From contig OX638149.1 of the NCBI GenBank assembly GCA_951804945.1, positions 70,866,001-70,930,000 on the forward strand: a stretch of DNA of 64,000 nucleotides. Reading direction: 5' to 3'. Of the stretch, positions 51,846 through 64,000 are shown piece after piece; position 1 is the stretch's first letter, and every line of letters starts with the position of its first letter. Origin of the DNA: Podarcis cretensis (taxonomy: Eukaryota). Under the pieces are notes generated by a model. It did not search any database, was not told the DNA's origin, and worked only from the letters and a program-made list of their open reading frames with translations. Position numbers and translations under genes: made by a program.

Positions 51846-51925
51846 AAAGGTAAAGGTACCCCTGCCCGTACGGGCCAGTCTTGACAGACTCTGGGGTTGT
51901 GCGCCCATCTCACTTAAGAGGCCAG
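51846..51925 (-). mobile_element. Sauria SINE 3' fragment
   Basis: 80 nt, exact reverse complement of 10083-10162. Confidence 0.9.
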
Positions 51926-52435
51926 CGTCTGCCTAAACTAAGTGGAGCTGCTATGTAGTGTGGTTATCCTGCTAACTTCTAAGGAATAATAAATTCCATT
52001 GAAAAATGGTTAGGTAGTATCAAGGGTATTGAATGCAGACAAGTGTTATGAAGATGTGTTTTAAAATCTTTAAAATAGTTTTTATAATAAGCAGCAGCAA
52101 GACATTTTCCTGAACTAATTGCTATTTTAAAGCAATAAAAAATGCATACCAAACATATCAATTTGGGGGGCAGGGAAATGCCTAAATATTTTCAGCTTAC
52201 AATCAGTAATTGCTGTGCTTCCGTACTATGGAAAATGGATTCAAAATTAGCCTATAATAATAGTCCATGTTCGGCTTTATATACTTGAATTCAGTTTTTT
52301 CCTTTCTCTTAGCATATGATCCTTCTGCAATTTAGAAGAAAGAACTGTAATTTAGCAGTAAATAAAATGTGGTTTTGAAACATAATAACTATTGGCTCCA
52401 ACTAGCTATTTATGACTTTTTCAATGTTCCTAGAA

Positions 52436-52703
52436 CAGGGGTTGGCAACCTGCAGCCCATGGGCCACAAGCAGCCCACAGGGGTCGTTTAAACAGCCCAT
52501 GAGCTACCCCCGAACAAAGCCACCCGCTTGGCGAGTCCCCGCATGCTGTGCTAAACCGGCAGAGTGGGGACTCGCTTCCGCGGTGCCGGAAATTGCGTCT
52601 GCACAGACACCAGAAATCACGTCTGCACAGATGCGATCCAGCCCATGGAGCAATCTCCACGGGAGTAAACTGGCCCAGGTGAGGTAAACCTTGCCAACCC
52701 CTG
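52436..52703. mobile_element. hAT (Charlie-like) MITE, 268 bp
   Basis: TIR CAGGGGTTGGCAA, perfect 8-bp TSD TCCTAGAA (52428-52435, 52704-52711). Confidence 0.9.
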
Positions 52704-53317
52704 TCCTAGAATTTATACTTCGCTTTAGAACATAGAGGCTTAGATCCTAACTTTTAACCCTGTGAACAGAAGGAGAGCTGTATTTGCAGAGCACAATGCT
52801 CTTTGGGGTCATGGAGCTAAACTTTAGGCTCCGAGCCATACCATAGCAGATGATTTCCTAAAATTAGAGTTTTGAGGGCATTTCTTGCCACCTTATTTTC
52901 ATTGTTCTTTCTCTTTTGAAGCAGAAGATAATACAATGGCCAATAAGCTAATACTTGCTATAAATACAACGCTGCATTTTTATTAAAGGATTAAGATCAA
53001 ATGTTTCACAACAGAAGTTCAATAACAAGCAATATGCTCTTATTCAATTTAAGTAACAAAAACTTTGATATTAGCCAATGCTGCCATAGTTTGTTTTATT
53101 ACTGTGTGTCATGATAAGTTAACATGAACAACACTTAAATGGCAAAGCTGGTTTAAAGGTATAGCTGACATTTACTCATATAGTAACTTTCACAAAGTTT
53201 TGTGTTCCTTGTGCTCCTGCATTCATCTGCTTATGGTTTGTTTCAAGAGAAACAAACCATGAGCCCAAGTTCAGACAACATGATAAACCAGACTATGGCT
53301 TGTTTCATGACAGCCCA

Positions 53318-53349
53318 GCAGGAACAGGAACAGGAACAGGAACAGGAAC
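53318..53349. repeat. (CAGGAA)n hexamer repeat
   Basis: Direct reading. Confidence 0.85.
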
Positions 53350-53824
53350 ACGAGAGGAGCCATGTATCCATGATTTGCTGCTCATTCGCATTAAACCATA
53401 GCTAATTTAAAATATTGTTTAATCAGATGCACAAATCAAACGCCTATCTCACGAAAAATTCACACAGGAACATACATTAATAAAATGTTGCAAGAGGCTA
53501 CCAAAGAGTTCAAATTCCCAGTTTCACAACAAGAACAACTTACAGTCTGGCATACATACTAAATAAGTTTTTCTGTTTCATTTTTGTTTTTTATTACAGT
53601 TTGGTACTGTTCCTTAGAAAAAACAGGGTAAATGTTACTCTTGGCAGTTTGTAATATTGATGTCATAGCACTGGGCCTGAATTTTGCAAATACTCTTTTA
53701 AAAACATATCCAGCTCTTTTCATCATTTTTCATCATGGCAAGCAGTTATAGCTTTTGTTTTAATGATACAAACAAACCGTCAGAAATATTTAATGTCAGG
53801 AAAAACCCCTTCCATTGTTTTCAG

Positions 53825-53929
53825 GAAATCGAAAGATTGGAGAACAAGTTAAATCAAAGCCCAGAAAGGTGGCAGCCATTGTGGGAAAAAGTCAAAGTAA
53901 ATGTTAAAGAAGATACAAGGCAGGACAAT
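53825..53929 (+). CDS. SBF2: SBF2 exon, 105 nt, coiled-coil ([11 protein letters not shown]...RQDN)
   Basis: ttcag| and |gtaagt. Confidence 0.93.
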
Positions 53930-54394
53930 GTAAGTGGCAGAAAGCACACTGATCAGTAATTGCATTCCTTCTTCAAACAAAGACTGGCAAGAGTTGTGAC
54001 CAAAGCACCTTCTGAAATTGAATTCTTACCTGTTTAAAGTAAAAGTGGCAGTTTTAGATTTGCTTAGATCCGGACTTACACACAGTGGTGGTTTTCCCTT
54101 CTTCCTGGTTATTTCTAATTTTAAGAATATTGTGAAATAGTTATACTCTTTGTTTTGTCAATACATGAAGAAAATAGTATTGTCTAATGAGGTCAGCTAT
54201 AGTAATTCAGCTCCTTACACTTTTAATTCACTCTGTGAATTGGTGTGCTACATGTACTCTTGCCAAAATGTTTTAATGGTCACTGTGGTTCTAACTTAAA
54301 CCAGCCAGGAATCCCAGTTTAGAATGTTGCTTTGTTGAAACCTTGACTACCCCTCCATCTTAAAACTTCTTGAAATTTTATCACTTTTTCAAAG

Positions 54395-54588
54395 CATCGG
54401 AGACATCCTTCTGGCTCGTCAGCAATCATGTCTGCCAATCTGCATTCTTATCAAAAGAGGTCTTTGTTACATCTACCAGACAGTGGATTGGGTGAAGAAC
54501 AGAACACCAACATCTCACCCTCCAATGGTGTGGAAAGGAGAGTAACTACGCTGTACAATCAGTTCACATCAAAGAATGATGAAAATAG
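54395..54588 (+). CDS. SBF2: SBF2 exon, 194 nt (HRRHPSGS...TSKNDEN)
   Basis: aaag| and |gtaatt; [12 protein letters not shown] motif. Confidence 0.9.
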
Positions 54589-55321
54589 GTAATTTGAGCG
54601 GTTAGCATATGATTCACCTCTTTTTCAGCCAGGAAGGAAAGTCACATCCATTTCTTAATCTGCTGTTTCAAACTGCAGTTCATCAAATATAACAAAAAAG
54701 TAATCAGGGTATTGAAACAATACCATATTGAAATAGAAAGCCTACAAATCGAGTACAGACAACTAGCTACTATCTCTCTTATAAATTTTGCTATTTTAAA
54801 ATACTGTTTTATTCATATTATTTACATTTTTTTCTTCAAAAGAATTTTGAGGTAAATCCTTGGCTCAAAGAAGAAACGTTTCTGGGGATGTATGCTGACT
54901 ATTTAATGCTTTTGAGTAATGAGATACCATTTATTAAATCTGCATTTTTATTTTCAGCTTAATTCATAAGTATGTCCAGAGTGGCTGGGGAAACTCATTA
55001 AATTATTATTTACAATCTAAGGCATCTGGCTTCTTTCCTCCTAATGGCCATATTTCATTTAGAGGCAAGATGCTAGTTGCATTAAGACTCTACACAGAGA
55101 AATAATTGCTACATAGTCTGGCATACAATACAAACAGTATTTTTGATAACAGATAAAACACTTTAAACCTCATGGTTATCCAAGGATCACACTATTCCAA
55201 ATGCATTGACCTTGTAGGGATGTATGTACAATTCTCATTGAAGAAAATATGGATTTAACTGCATGGATTTAACAAGAAATATGAGGTAATTACTGATACT
55301 GATACATAAATGCTTACTTAG

Positions 55322-55492
<171 letters not shown>

Positions 55493-56160
55493 TAATAGAA
55501 TAATCTTATTATTCGTGCAAAATAAGTTTTGCAGAGACTGCAATAAATAATTATACCACTAGGCTGAGTGGGGGGGGGGGAGAAAGCAATTGTACTATCT
55601 GATCTCCCTGCTTACAGATGTTTCTTTAAGAGGCCTGAGTTTGGGCACCTTCAGTGAAGCAAGGAGATGCTTTCTGACGTCGGACTAGAATCTATGTTTC
55701 AGAAAAAAGCATCAAATGAACTGCTCAGTTTGTGTGTTGAGAGTTTCCACAGCACCTTGTACATAGGTCCATAAGAACTGCCTTGCTAGGTGAGACCAAA
55801 GACCTAGTCTAGTGGCTGTCAAACAGGTGCTCCTGGGAAGTAGTACCGGGCAGGGTATGGTAGCACACCCTGTTTTATTCCCAGCATTTGATCCTGAGGT
55901 ACGCTGCCTCTGAACACAATAAATTCTGCAAGTTAATCACCCATGGGTGGCTCCTCAAAATACAGTCCATTCAAAATGTCTAATTATAGCTCCTGAGTTT
56001 GTAACATCTGTCTATGTTTATTATGTAATCTCTCACGCAGAGGACAGTTAGAATTTTAGGCAATCAAAGATCTTTTTGAAAAAAATGTTCTGACCCCAAG
56101 GTGAAGCTTTGGGTGCTCTGCTGCATCCCTCCTCCCCTAAAGAGACTGGAATTTATCTAG

Positions 56161-56375
56161 TTATTTTATTGCATTTATACCCCACCTTTAATCCAAGGAG
56201 TTAAAAGCAGCATACATGGTTTCCCCCTCCCCATTTCATCCTCACAAGAAGCCTGTGAGGTAGGTTAGGCTGAGGGAGTGGCCCAAGGTCACTCAGTAAG
56301 GTTTATGCCTCAGTGGAGATTTGAACAGTGGTCCTAGCTCTTACTTCAACACTCCTAAGTATATCACACTGGCTC
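56161..56375 (-). mobile_element. CORE/MIR-like SINE, same family as 15062
   Basis: atcctcacaagaagcctgtgaggtagg...ggcccaaggtcactcag...cacactggctc. Confidence 0.75.
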
Positions 56376-56644
56376 TTGGGATGTATGGCCAGCACCGCTG
56401 AGTTTGTGAACTGAAGTGCCTTTGAGTGGAATTTTGAGAGCTGCCATTGAATAGTACCTAGGTTGATGTATTTCTTTGCAGAATTTATAAGCAGCAAGTT
56501 GCTCCAATATAATTGTAAATTGCAGTCCACCCAAGTCCTAGTGGTTCAAATTCTGTGAAAACTATGGCAATTGTTAGGTTCTCAAGTGTGTAATCTGTTT
56601 GTTGTTCCTTTTCATAGTGTATAATTTTCTTCTTTCGTTACTAG

Positions 56645-56776
56645 CTAAGATATTATGATTCTGTTGAGGATGCATGCTGCAAGGGCCATATCGATCTTGC
56701 AGAAGTAGAAAGTGTGATACCTGCTTCACCTACTATGGGTGCTCCAAAGCATGCTAACGAGAGAGCATTCTTTGAT
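56645..56776 (+). CDS. SBF2: SBF2 exon, 132 nt, PH domain (LRYYDSVED...RAFFD)
   Basis: actag| and |gtaagt. Confidence 0.95.
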
Positions 56777-57928
56777 GTAAGTATATTGGACTACTTCATA
56801 TTAGTACCAAAAATCCCTGCTCCCTCTGTGTGTTTGCATCTGTCTCTCAAACACACACATACACTCACACTAAGCAAACTTCATGTTTTTGAAGTTTTCA
56901 TCAGATAGCCTTAGTCCCTTTTCCCATTTTAAGAAAACAACACTGCTGCTAAGGTAAGGCTCTTGATTGACGCATATTGGTTTTACTCTTGAATGCTGAT
57001 AAAAGAGCACACTGGTATTCATGGCTGCATCCTTTTGAATATGAGTTTCAGCATACCTACTCAAGTGTAAGGCAAAAATGTCCTGAATATTCTGCCTGTC
57101 AAAGTAGAAATTACGCATGGCAGGACAATAATCCTGAACAGATAAATTCCCACCCCCATATCACTAACTCATTGTAATGTGTCACAGGCATGATATGCTG
57201 GATTTCTGCAATCCTCCCAAACCTTCTTTGAGGAAGAAAAGAGCCCACAGGAATAATGTTCACAAGTGTTCATACAATGCCTATACAGTTGAACCTCAGT
57301 TCCTGAACAGCTTTGTTGTCATACATTTTGGTTCTCAAACGCTGAAAACCTAGAAGTAATTGGTCCATTTCCGAATGTTTTTCGGAACCCAAATATGCAA
57401 CACGGATTTTGGAAGCCATTGTCAGCCCAAATGCATGGAACTCCTCTGTAACCAAAATTGACAACTTTATATATATATATATTGGAATGAAACAAAAAGT
57501 AACCTTTTGAGGGTTATTACTTAGTATGTAAGATTTTCAAGTTGCCAGCCCAACTTTTTCTGGGAAGATGAAATACAAACAATACAATATCTCAAGAAGT
57601 ATCAATTCTAGCCATTATTAAAGACTGTGTATTTTATTCTCTTTAAGAAAGACAATTCATATATTTCCAGAATATCTAAGATGTCAAATTTAAACACCCT
57701 GAAGGAGGCAAGTTTGCTGTCTGTCTTGGTAAACCTTCTAATGTCTGAAGGGGAAATGGGAACCATGAGCTGGCAGTAGTTCCTCAATAGTTGGGTCCTC
57801 CTGTCAAAAATTACAATTTATCACTGGGAGACATGTGATCTACAAACACCAAATTAATGTGTGCTGCACAAAGTATAAATTGGCCACAATAAGCTCTAAA
57901 ATTATGCTTAAGAAAGTATGGAAATTGA

Positions 57929-58075
<147 letters not shown>

Positions 58076-59735
58076 TTAGGAATTTTGCTTTGCTGCCAAC
58101 AGCAAAAAGGAAATGATTCCATATGCAAAATAAAATCACTTTGGATTATGAGAAGATTTGTTATTGCAGATCAAGCAGCCTTATATTTCAGCCATAAATA
58201 CTCAAAACATCGCCTTTCCTTAACCATATAGCCTGTATTATGACTCTCCATATGGAAAACACTCAAAATCAATTAACTTCTGTGCCTGCAAAATGGTTCT
58301 CTTCAATAGAATTGCAGGCCTGATGACCAGGCTTCTTTGTACTGGGATATGCTGTTATCTCAGACTTGCTATTTGTGAACAGTTTCTTCCAAATAACCCT
58401 CTATTTTCCAGTGTTTCAGCAAGGGAGTCAATTATCAGGCTAGTAAATCTTATACAGCATTATTAAAATATTCAAGACCCATTAAGAATTGTATCCCACA
58501 GGTGCATAAACAAAATACAGTTTGCACAACTATTTTTTTCTTCTGAAAAGCCTTTCTGGGCGGCTGAGGGACCCTCCTGAAAAATGTTGGTTCTGGTTGT
58601 ACAGGGCTGTATAGTGGGAAGGGGGAAGTGTCTATAATCAGGCTCATGCAAGATTCCTCAACCAAATTTCAGGTAATTTTTCCCTCCCCACTACCACCCA
58701 ACACAACACAGCCCACATTTTTCAGGAGACGTCTCCAACCCTCTGAGCTGCTGCACTTCCCAAAAGATTATCCAGAGGGGATGGAAAGAATGGATTGTGC
58801 AGGCTATCCTCTAGCCCTGTAACCATGGTTTGGAAACCAATAAATATGCATGACAGAGTCTTAAGGCATTTATTCTAGACACCAAAAAAGTTTAAGAAAG
58901 GTTTCTTTCCTGATATCTTTGTCTCCAGATATATCTAGATAGTTGAAGGATACATCATTTTTTATTTACATTCTCTTTACCTGTGGCAGTAGATAAATGA
59001 AGACAACAATAAAACTGACAAAGGTCGAAACCTTCTACAAATCACTTGGGAGAAAAGCCTAAGAAATATAAAAAGTATATTAATTTATGTGCTGTTCTGC
59101 TCGTTGTAAAATGAAATAACACAATGATAAATGCACTAAACAAAACAAACACTTGCACTGAAATCCTTGAAAGCAGACATTTGAAGGATAGAGGTAAATT
59201 ATTTATAGCAGAATGCTAGCTAGATAACAGTGATTACAGATAAAGAATATGTACATAATTGGGCATAATATGGTGTGATTTGATACTTTAAAAACATTTT
59301 TGCACATGAATTGGAAGAATGTTTTTAGATTTTTTACATTTGCTAACATTGTGTTTGTTCATCTTAAAAATCTTTGAGGAATGTTGTTGGTTTTTTTACA
59401 GTACAAAATTAATAACAAGTTTGACTTGGTGCAATCTGTGATGACTTTGAGTGTGGAGTCTCTAGATAGCTAACATGTCATGTTTTTGTTTTAAGTACTA
59501 ATATGTTTAAATATCAAGCTAATATGTCAGAGTTTGTACATACTGGTCAGTATTTTCTAGTGTTTAGTAATGTTGCTTGTAACTTAATGGCTACATTCAC
59601 ATGTCATGCTAAACTATGGTCAAGTGTAACAACGACAAACCAGCGAGTGTTGGGCTTGCATGCTATTCCCTCCTCTTCTGGTGCAGCAAAGAGGAACAGC
59701 TCAAAAGCTTCCCACTCAAACTGTTTAGTCTTAAC

Positions 59736-59870
59736 CAGGCATCCCCAAACTCAGCCCTCCAGATGTTTTGGAACTACAATTCCCATCATCCTGACCACGG
59801 GTCCTGTTAGCTAGGGATGATGGGAGTTGTAGTCCCAAAACATCTGGAGGGCTGAGTTTAGGGGTGACTG
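59736..59870. mobile_element. Palindromic hAT MITE inside the probable 3'UTR
   Basis: Perfect 8-bp TSD GTCTTAAC (59728-59735, 59871-59878); arms are near-perfect reverse complements; degenerate relatives near 18090, 31960, 40230 and 42930. Confidence 0.9.
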
Positions 59871-60551
59871 GTCTTAACTGTAATTAGTAAAAACAAGGCA
59901 ATTTGAACCCATATTTTACAAAGCTGGAGTATTTTCACTAATGATAGTTAATAGCAGGTACAGTTTAGGAATTGGACAGAATATTCAATTGTGGTTGATG
60001 TAAAAGGGAAGAGGGAGCTTTCATTCTGCTCAACACAAGTGTGCTAGAGGTGAGGAAGGGAGCATATTAGCCCAAGGCTCATTGTGGCTTTTCATTCTAA
60101 CATCAAACCATGGTTTACAATCTCATGTGAACTGGGTCACTACCAACTAACCAAACTGACTTCATTTATAGAATTTCAGTTACTGAAATTGTTTACCTTT
60201 TTTTAAAAAAAAAACCACTACTTTTTCTATATTTTTTAAAGTAAATAGTGAATACAGATTTCACATTGTACTCAGACTAGGAAATAAATCTGTTTTAAAT
60301 ACATTGGAATCCCAAAAACAAACAGGAATGAAGGATTTTTCTAGCATTTTCAGCCAATAAACCACCACCTATGAAAAATGGTGTTTGCACATTCATGTAT
60401 TTTTCTTTGTATATGAAGTACTTTTATATGTACTTTGTATAATTATTCTGTTCTATAGTTGTTTAAAATGTACACTACTTCTATGGTTGTAACTAGCCAA
60501 TTTTAATTATTTTATGTATGTTACATAACTAGTATATGCTAACCAACTTGT

Positions 60552-60557
60552 AATAAA
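60552..60557 (+). terminator. Candidate polyadenylation signal AATAAA (others at 58839, 59008, 60283, 60356)
   Basis: Hexamer preceded by multiple TGTA elements. Confidence 0.55.
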
Positions 60558-62269
60558 GATACTTCTTAAGAAAGCATCCCTTCTTTCCTCTACTGAGTGG
60601 TATACAATAATACCTTGCCTCATATAACTGTACAGTTAAATTATATTCCAAATAACCCTGTAATAAAATTCATATTTTTATACAGGCAAGTGCCATCTTG
60701 TATGTGGAAAAGACTTGTTCTTAAGTGTGTTTTATCATTATTAAACTCACAACATTCCATTAATACTACAGGCGGCCAGTAATATTTCACTTTAATTACT
60801 TGCTTAGAAAAGTTGTGCTTCTGTATTAAGTGAATACAAAAAAAAAATAAATCTACATGCAACATGAATATGGATACAATATACAAATGGCATGTTCACC
60901 AGAACTGCCATAGGAAGGCTTAGACATCTGGCATTTTCCGTTGTCTACAGGAAAATAGTAGGTTTAGGAGGCCTTTTCATTGAGTATTAATACTTCATCA
61001 AAAAAATTATTCTAAGTATGCCCTCCAATTTATCTTTAAATGTGCCCAAAACACACTGTAATTTAGGGCATAGCTGCCAACAGCAAGATTTTGTGAAATT
61101 AATATGATAAAAAATAGAGCAAGTAAATTATATAGCCCATAAACTGGTGACATTTTCTATTCAGTGCACTATTCTTGGGTTTCTTTGCATGCAATATAAA
61201 CATCTTATGGTAGTAACCTTTGTACTTGTTTTGTTATTTTCCTAATGTTCAAATGTTTCACAATCTTTCACATCTCAGATATTAAATTTAATGTAGATAA
61301 CATAATTTTGAGTAGATTTTCTCATGAAGTGTTGGCAGCGGATGCAGAAGACGCTCAGACCATCTCCTCCACATCTGCTGCTTGATTGTCACTTTGACCT
61401 GTGATGTTCTTGCATGACAGTTTGGCTCTGCAAAGGGGTTTGGTTTCCTAGAATGGCCAGCCAGCTCTGACCTGGCAGTTCCTAATAGCAGGCACCTTTA
61501 TCTGCCTTAATCATCAGCTCCACAGGGATTCTGTAGGGTCGTCCTCAAACTAATGATTGCCTAGTTGGTTTGACTTGTTGATTGGGTTGATTCCTGGGTG
61601 AAAGGCCTAACCCAGTATTTTGATTGAGAGGCAGAGTGCTGGGAAATGGTGACCTGATAAGAACATGGCAACCATTCATGGACACATCCACAAGATGGCA
61701 ATGTCGGTGGCAATGTGATCTGTTGGGCAATTGTGTTGGGAGCTTCTTATTCAGGGTCCTGAGATTTGGAAGCGAATGTGTATGAGTCGAGATGTGAGAC
61801 ACAGTAGAGGAGAAGAGACTGATGGTAACCCTATACAAGTGACCACAGGTAGGGGGGGCCATTGGGTGTATAGGTGATCTAGATGACTATACAGGCCATT
61901 CATTACAAGCACCTGGTGCCAACTGAGTTGGTGCTACTGTTTAGTTTGATTACAAATGAAGGAACCTGTCTAGCCTGTATTACTAAGACCTGGGTGAGTT
62001 GGGCAGAGTGGATCTGATTCAAGGTTTAACAGATATCTGGTGCAGCATCCACCTTGTTTGGAGGTCCAGAGAAGGGGAGTCTCTGTGGCCCATAGAGTTT
62101 GTGTCTTGTTCACCAGGAAGCCTTTCCATCCTGCAGTGGGCTACGAAGGCCTGTACCTTGGTAGCCTCAAGGTGTGGTGTTGGGAGAATTCCATGGCACT
62201 GGTTCTGGTAGCTCAATAGCTCTATCAAGTGTAGGGTAAGATCAAAACTTCATGTTCTCCATGAAATCC

Positions 62270-62840
62270 ACGGGGCTGTTCAAAGTTGTCAGCAGCCCAA
62301 TGCATAGGATGTCACATACATACCCTGATTTGGTCTTTACCTCAGGGTGTGAGGGGTGGTGGTCTGAATATGGGTGGAGAGGGAGAGGTTTGAATTAACC
62401 TTTGTCATGGTCAGACATGGTTATGTTTGGTCTTACATCATGTGTCTTCCTCCTACAGTGGTGAGGGGTCCTTCATAGTGTCCACTGCCAAAGACTTGTG
62501 GAATTAGAGGAATTTATTAATGCTTTGGGGGATTTTCCAGAAGTCAAAGCCTGCAATCCTGCTAAGACCTTCATTTTACTATGGAATAGCAGCAATCCAG
62601 CTGCAAACACTCTTGAAGGAAGCTGATTATCTTGACGCATTTCAGTTTGGGTTCAAGCCCAGCTTTGAGACAAAACAGGCCTTGGATGGATGACCCTGTT
62701 TGTTTGTTTGTTTGTTTGTTTGTTTCACAACATAAAAATACATTACTTATCTCTCAGTGGCTTTCAATACACTGATCATGGCATCCTCCTGGACTGTCTC
62801 TGAGTTAGGAGTTGGTGGCATTGTGTTGCTGTGGATCCCT
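62270..62840 (+). mobile_element. Highly degenerate L2/CR1-group LINE fragments with (TTTG)n at 62696-62725
   Basis: cataccctgatttggtcttt (TLDLVF-like) and gattatcttgacgcatttcagtttgggttcaagccc (DYLD-FQ-GF-P). Confidence 0.6.
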
Positions 62841-63536
62841 AATTCTTTCTTTTGTTTTAAAATACTTTTATTATACTGTTTTATATTGTATTGTTGCTTT
62901 AATGATATTGTTTATTGTTTTTAAAATCTCAAAGTGGTGTACAACACAAAAAGTATTAAATTGTTTATAAATGCTTTTACATAAAACAAAAAATAAATAC
63001 TGTCCTGCCCCTTCCAGCATTAGTTGTTTTTTTTGGGGGGGGATTATTATGTTTCTATGTATAACTGCCTTTCTTGATTTTTCTTCTCACTTGCAGCATC
63101 CTGCTACATCACTATTCCACAGAAATTTCTCTCTCACACATACACACACATATTTGCAGGGCACATACACAACTAGTTTTTTTTATAAAAAAGATGGCAA
63201 ACTGCAAAGTACTGTAAAGCCCATTTCACACATGACAGAGAACTATGAACTAGCTCTGCATGATAAGCCATTTGTGTGAGTGATTCTGTTCAGTATTCAG
63301 GTGAGTTTAACTGTGCTGTTTAAGCCCTTCTGATGTACATCCTAGTGCCCTAATCGCTGCACAGAAAAAAATGTTTTTTTAATTTAAAAGGTACATCCAG
63401 AATTAGAGCATACTAAAATGAATATGAAAGAGTGAGAGAACTAAAAACAGGAATGAAAATAGGAGACTGAGAAGGAAAGAGAGCAAATATAAAATGGGCT
63501 ACTTTGAAAAACAGCTGGAAAAGCAGGTGCTAATTA

Positions 63537-63886
63537 AAAGGTAAAGGGACCCCTGACCCTTAAGTCCATTCGCAGATGACTCTGGGGTTGCAGCGCTCAT
63601 CTCACTTTATTTGCCAAGGGAGCTGGCATACACTTGTGGGTCATGTGGCCAGCATGACTAAGCCACTTCTGGCGAACCAGAGCAGTGCATGGAAACACCA
63701 TTTACCTTCCCGCCGGAGCGGTACCTATCTATCTAATTGCACTTTGACGTGCTTTTGAACTGGTAAGTTGGCAGGAGCAGGGAGCGAGCAACGGGAGCTC
63801 ACCCCGTTGCAGGGATTCAAACCGCCAACCTTCCGACTGGAAAGCCCTAGGCTCTGTGGTTTAACCCACAGCGCCACCCATGTCCC
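63537..63886 (-). mobile_element. Full-length Sauria SINE downstream of SBF2
   Basis: Head gggacatgggtggcgctgtggg on the minus strand, aaaggtaaaggg tail, TSD AGGTG(C/T)TAATTA at 63525-63536 and 63889-63900. Confidence 0.9.
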
Positions 63887-64000
63887 ATAGGTGTTAATTA
63901 GGAAGCACAAATTAGGAGCAACAATGTTAGAATGGAAACGTGCTACCTGGATATGTGAAATTATTGCTATAGGAGCAAAAGCTAATGAGTTTGTTTGAAT

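Larger units (their letters stand above)
58076..60580 (+). other. SBF2: Probable SBF2 3'UTR; 3' end approximate
   Basis: AU-rich, TGTA-rich distal block ending in AATAAA at 60552. Confidence 0.65.

Noticed and set aside
53202-53405. ORF with poly-QE tract
   Set aside because: Translation of an intronic (CAGGAA)n repeat
57286-57450. Possible old Tigger-like fragment (TA-CAGTTGAACCTC...)
   Set aside because: No matching right TIR found
60600-64000. A downstream neighbouring gene
   Set aside because: No recognisable exons; the region is mostly degenerate repeats

Overview
Vertebrate genomic DNA, most likely a squamate and probably a lacertid lizard, judged from Sauria SINEs and lizard-type Penelope/hAT/Tc1 repeats. 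The window holds the 3' two-thirds of SBF2 (MTMR13, myotubularin-related pseudophosphatase) on the + strand. I reconstructed 24 constitutive coding exons by hand (4346-58075). They splice into one open frame of 3687 nt (1228 aa + TAA, ending ...IQSCISDA) covering the SBF2, GRAM, inactive myotubularin, coiled-coil and PH regions, followed by a ~2.5 kb 3'UTR. Extra splicing structure: two frame-preserving cassette exons (35006-35101, 38887-38949), a GC-AG intron, and a candidate pair of tandem microexons (20 nt + 7 nt) that keep frame only when both are included. The most striking observation is two minimal Penelope-type hammerhead ribozymes with identical cores (16484-16521 and 23224-23263). 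Both lie on the sense strand of the pre-mRNA and bracket an in-frame 834-nt block of five exons. Introns carry SINEs, LINE fragments, solo LTRs, hAT and Tc1/mariner MITEs and microsatellites. Family names and orthologue comparisons come from recall, not database searches.
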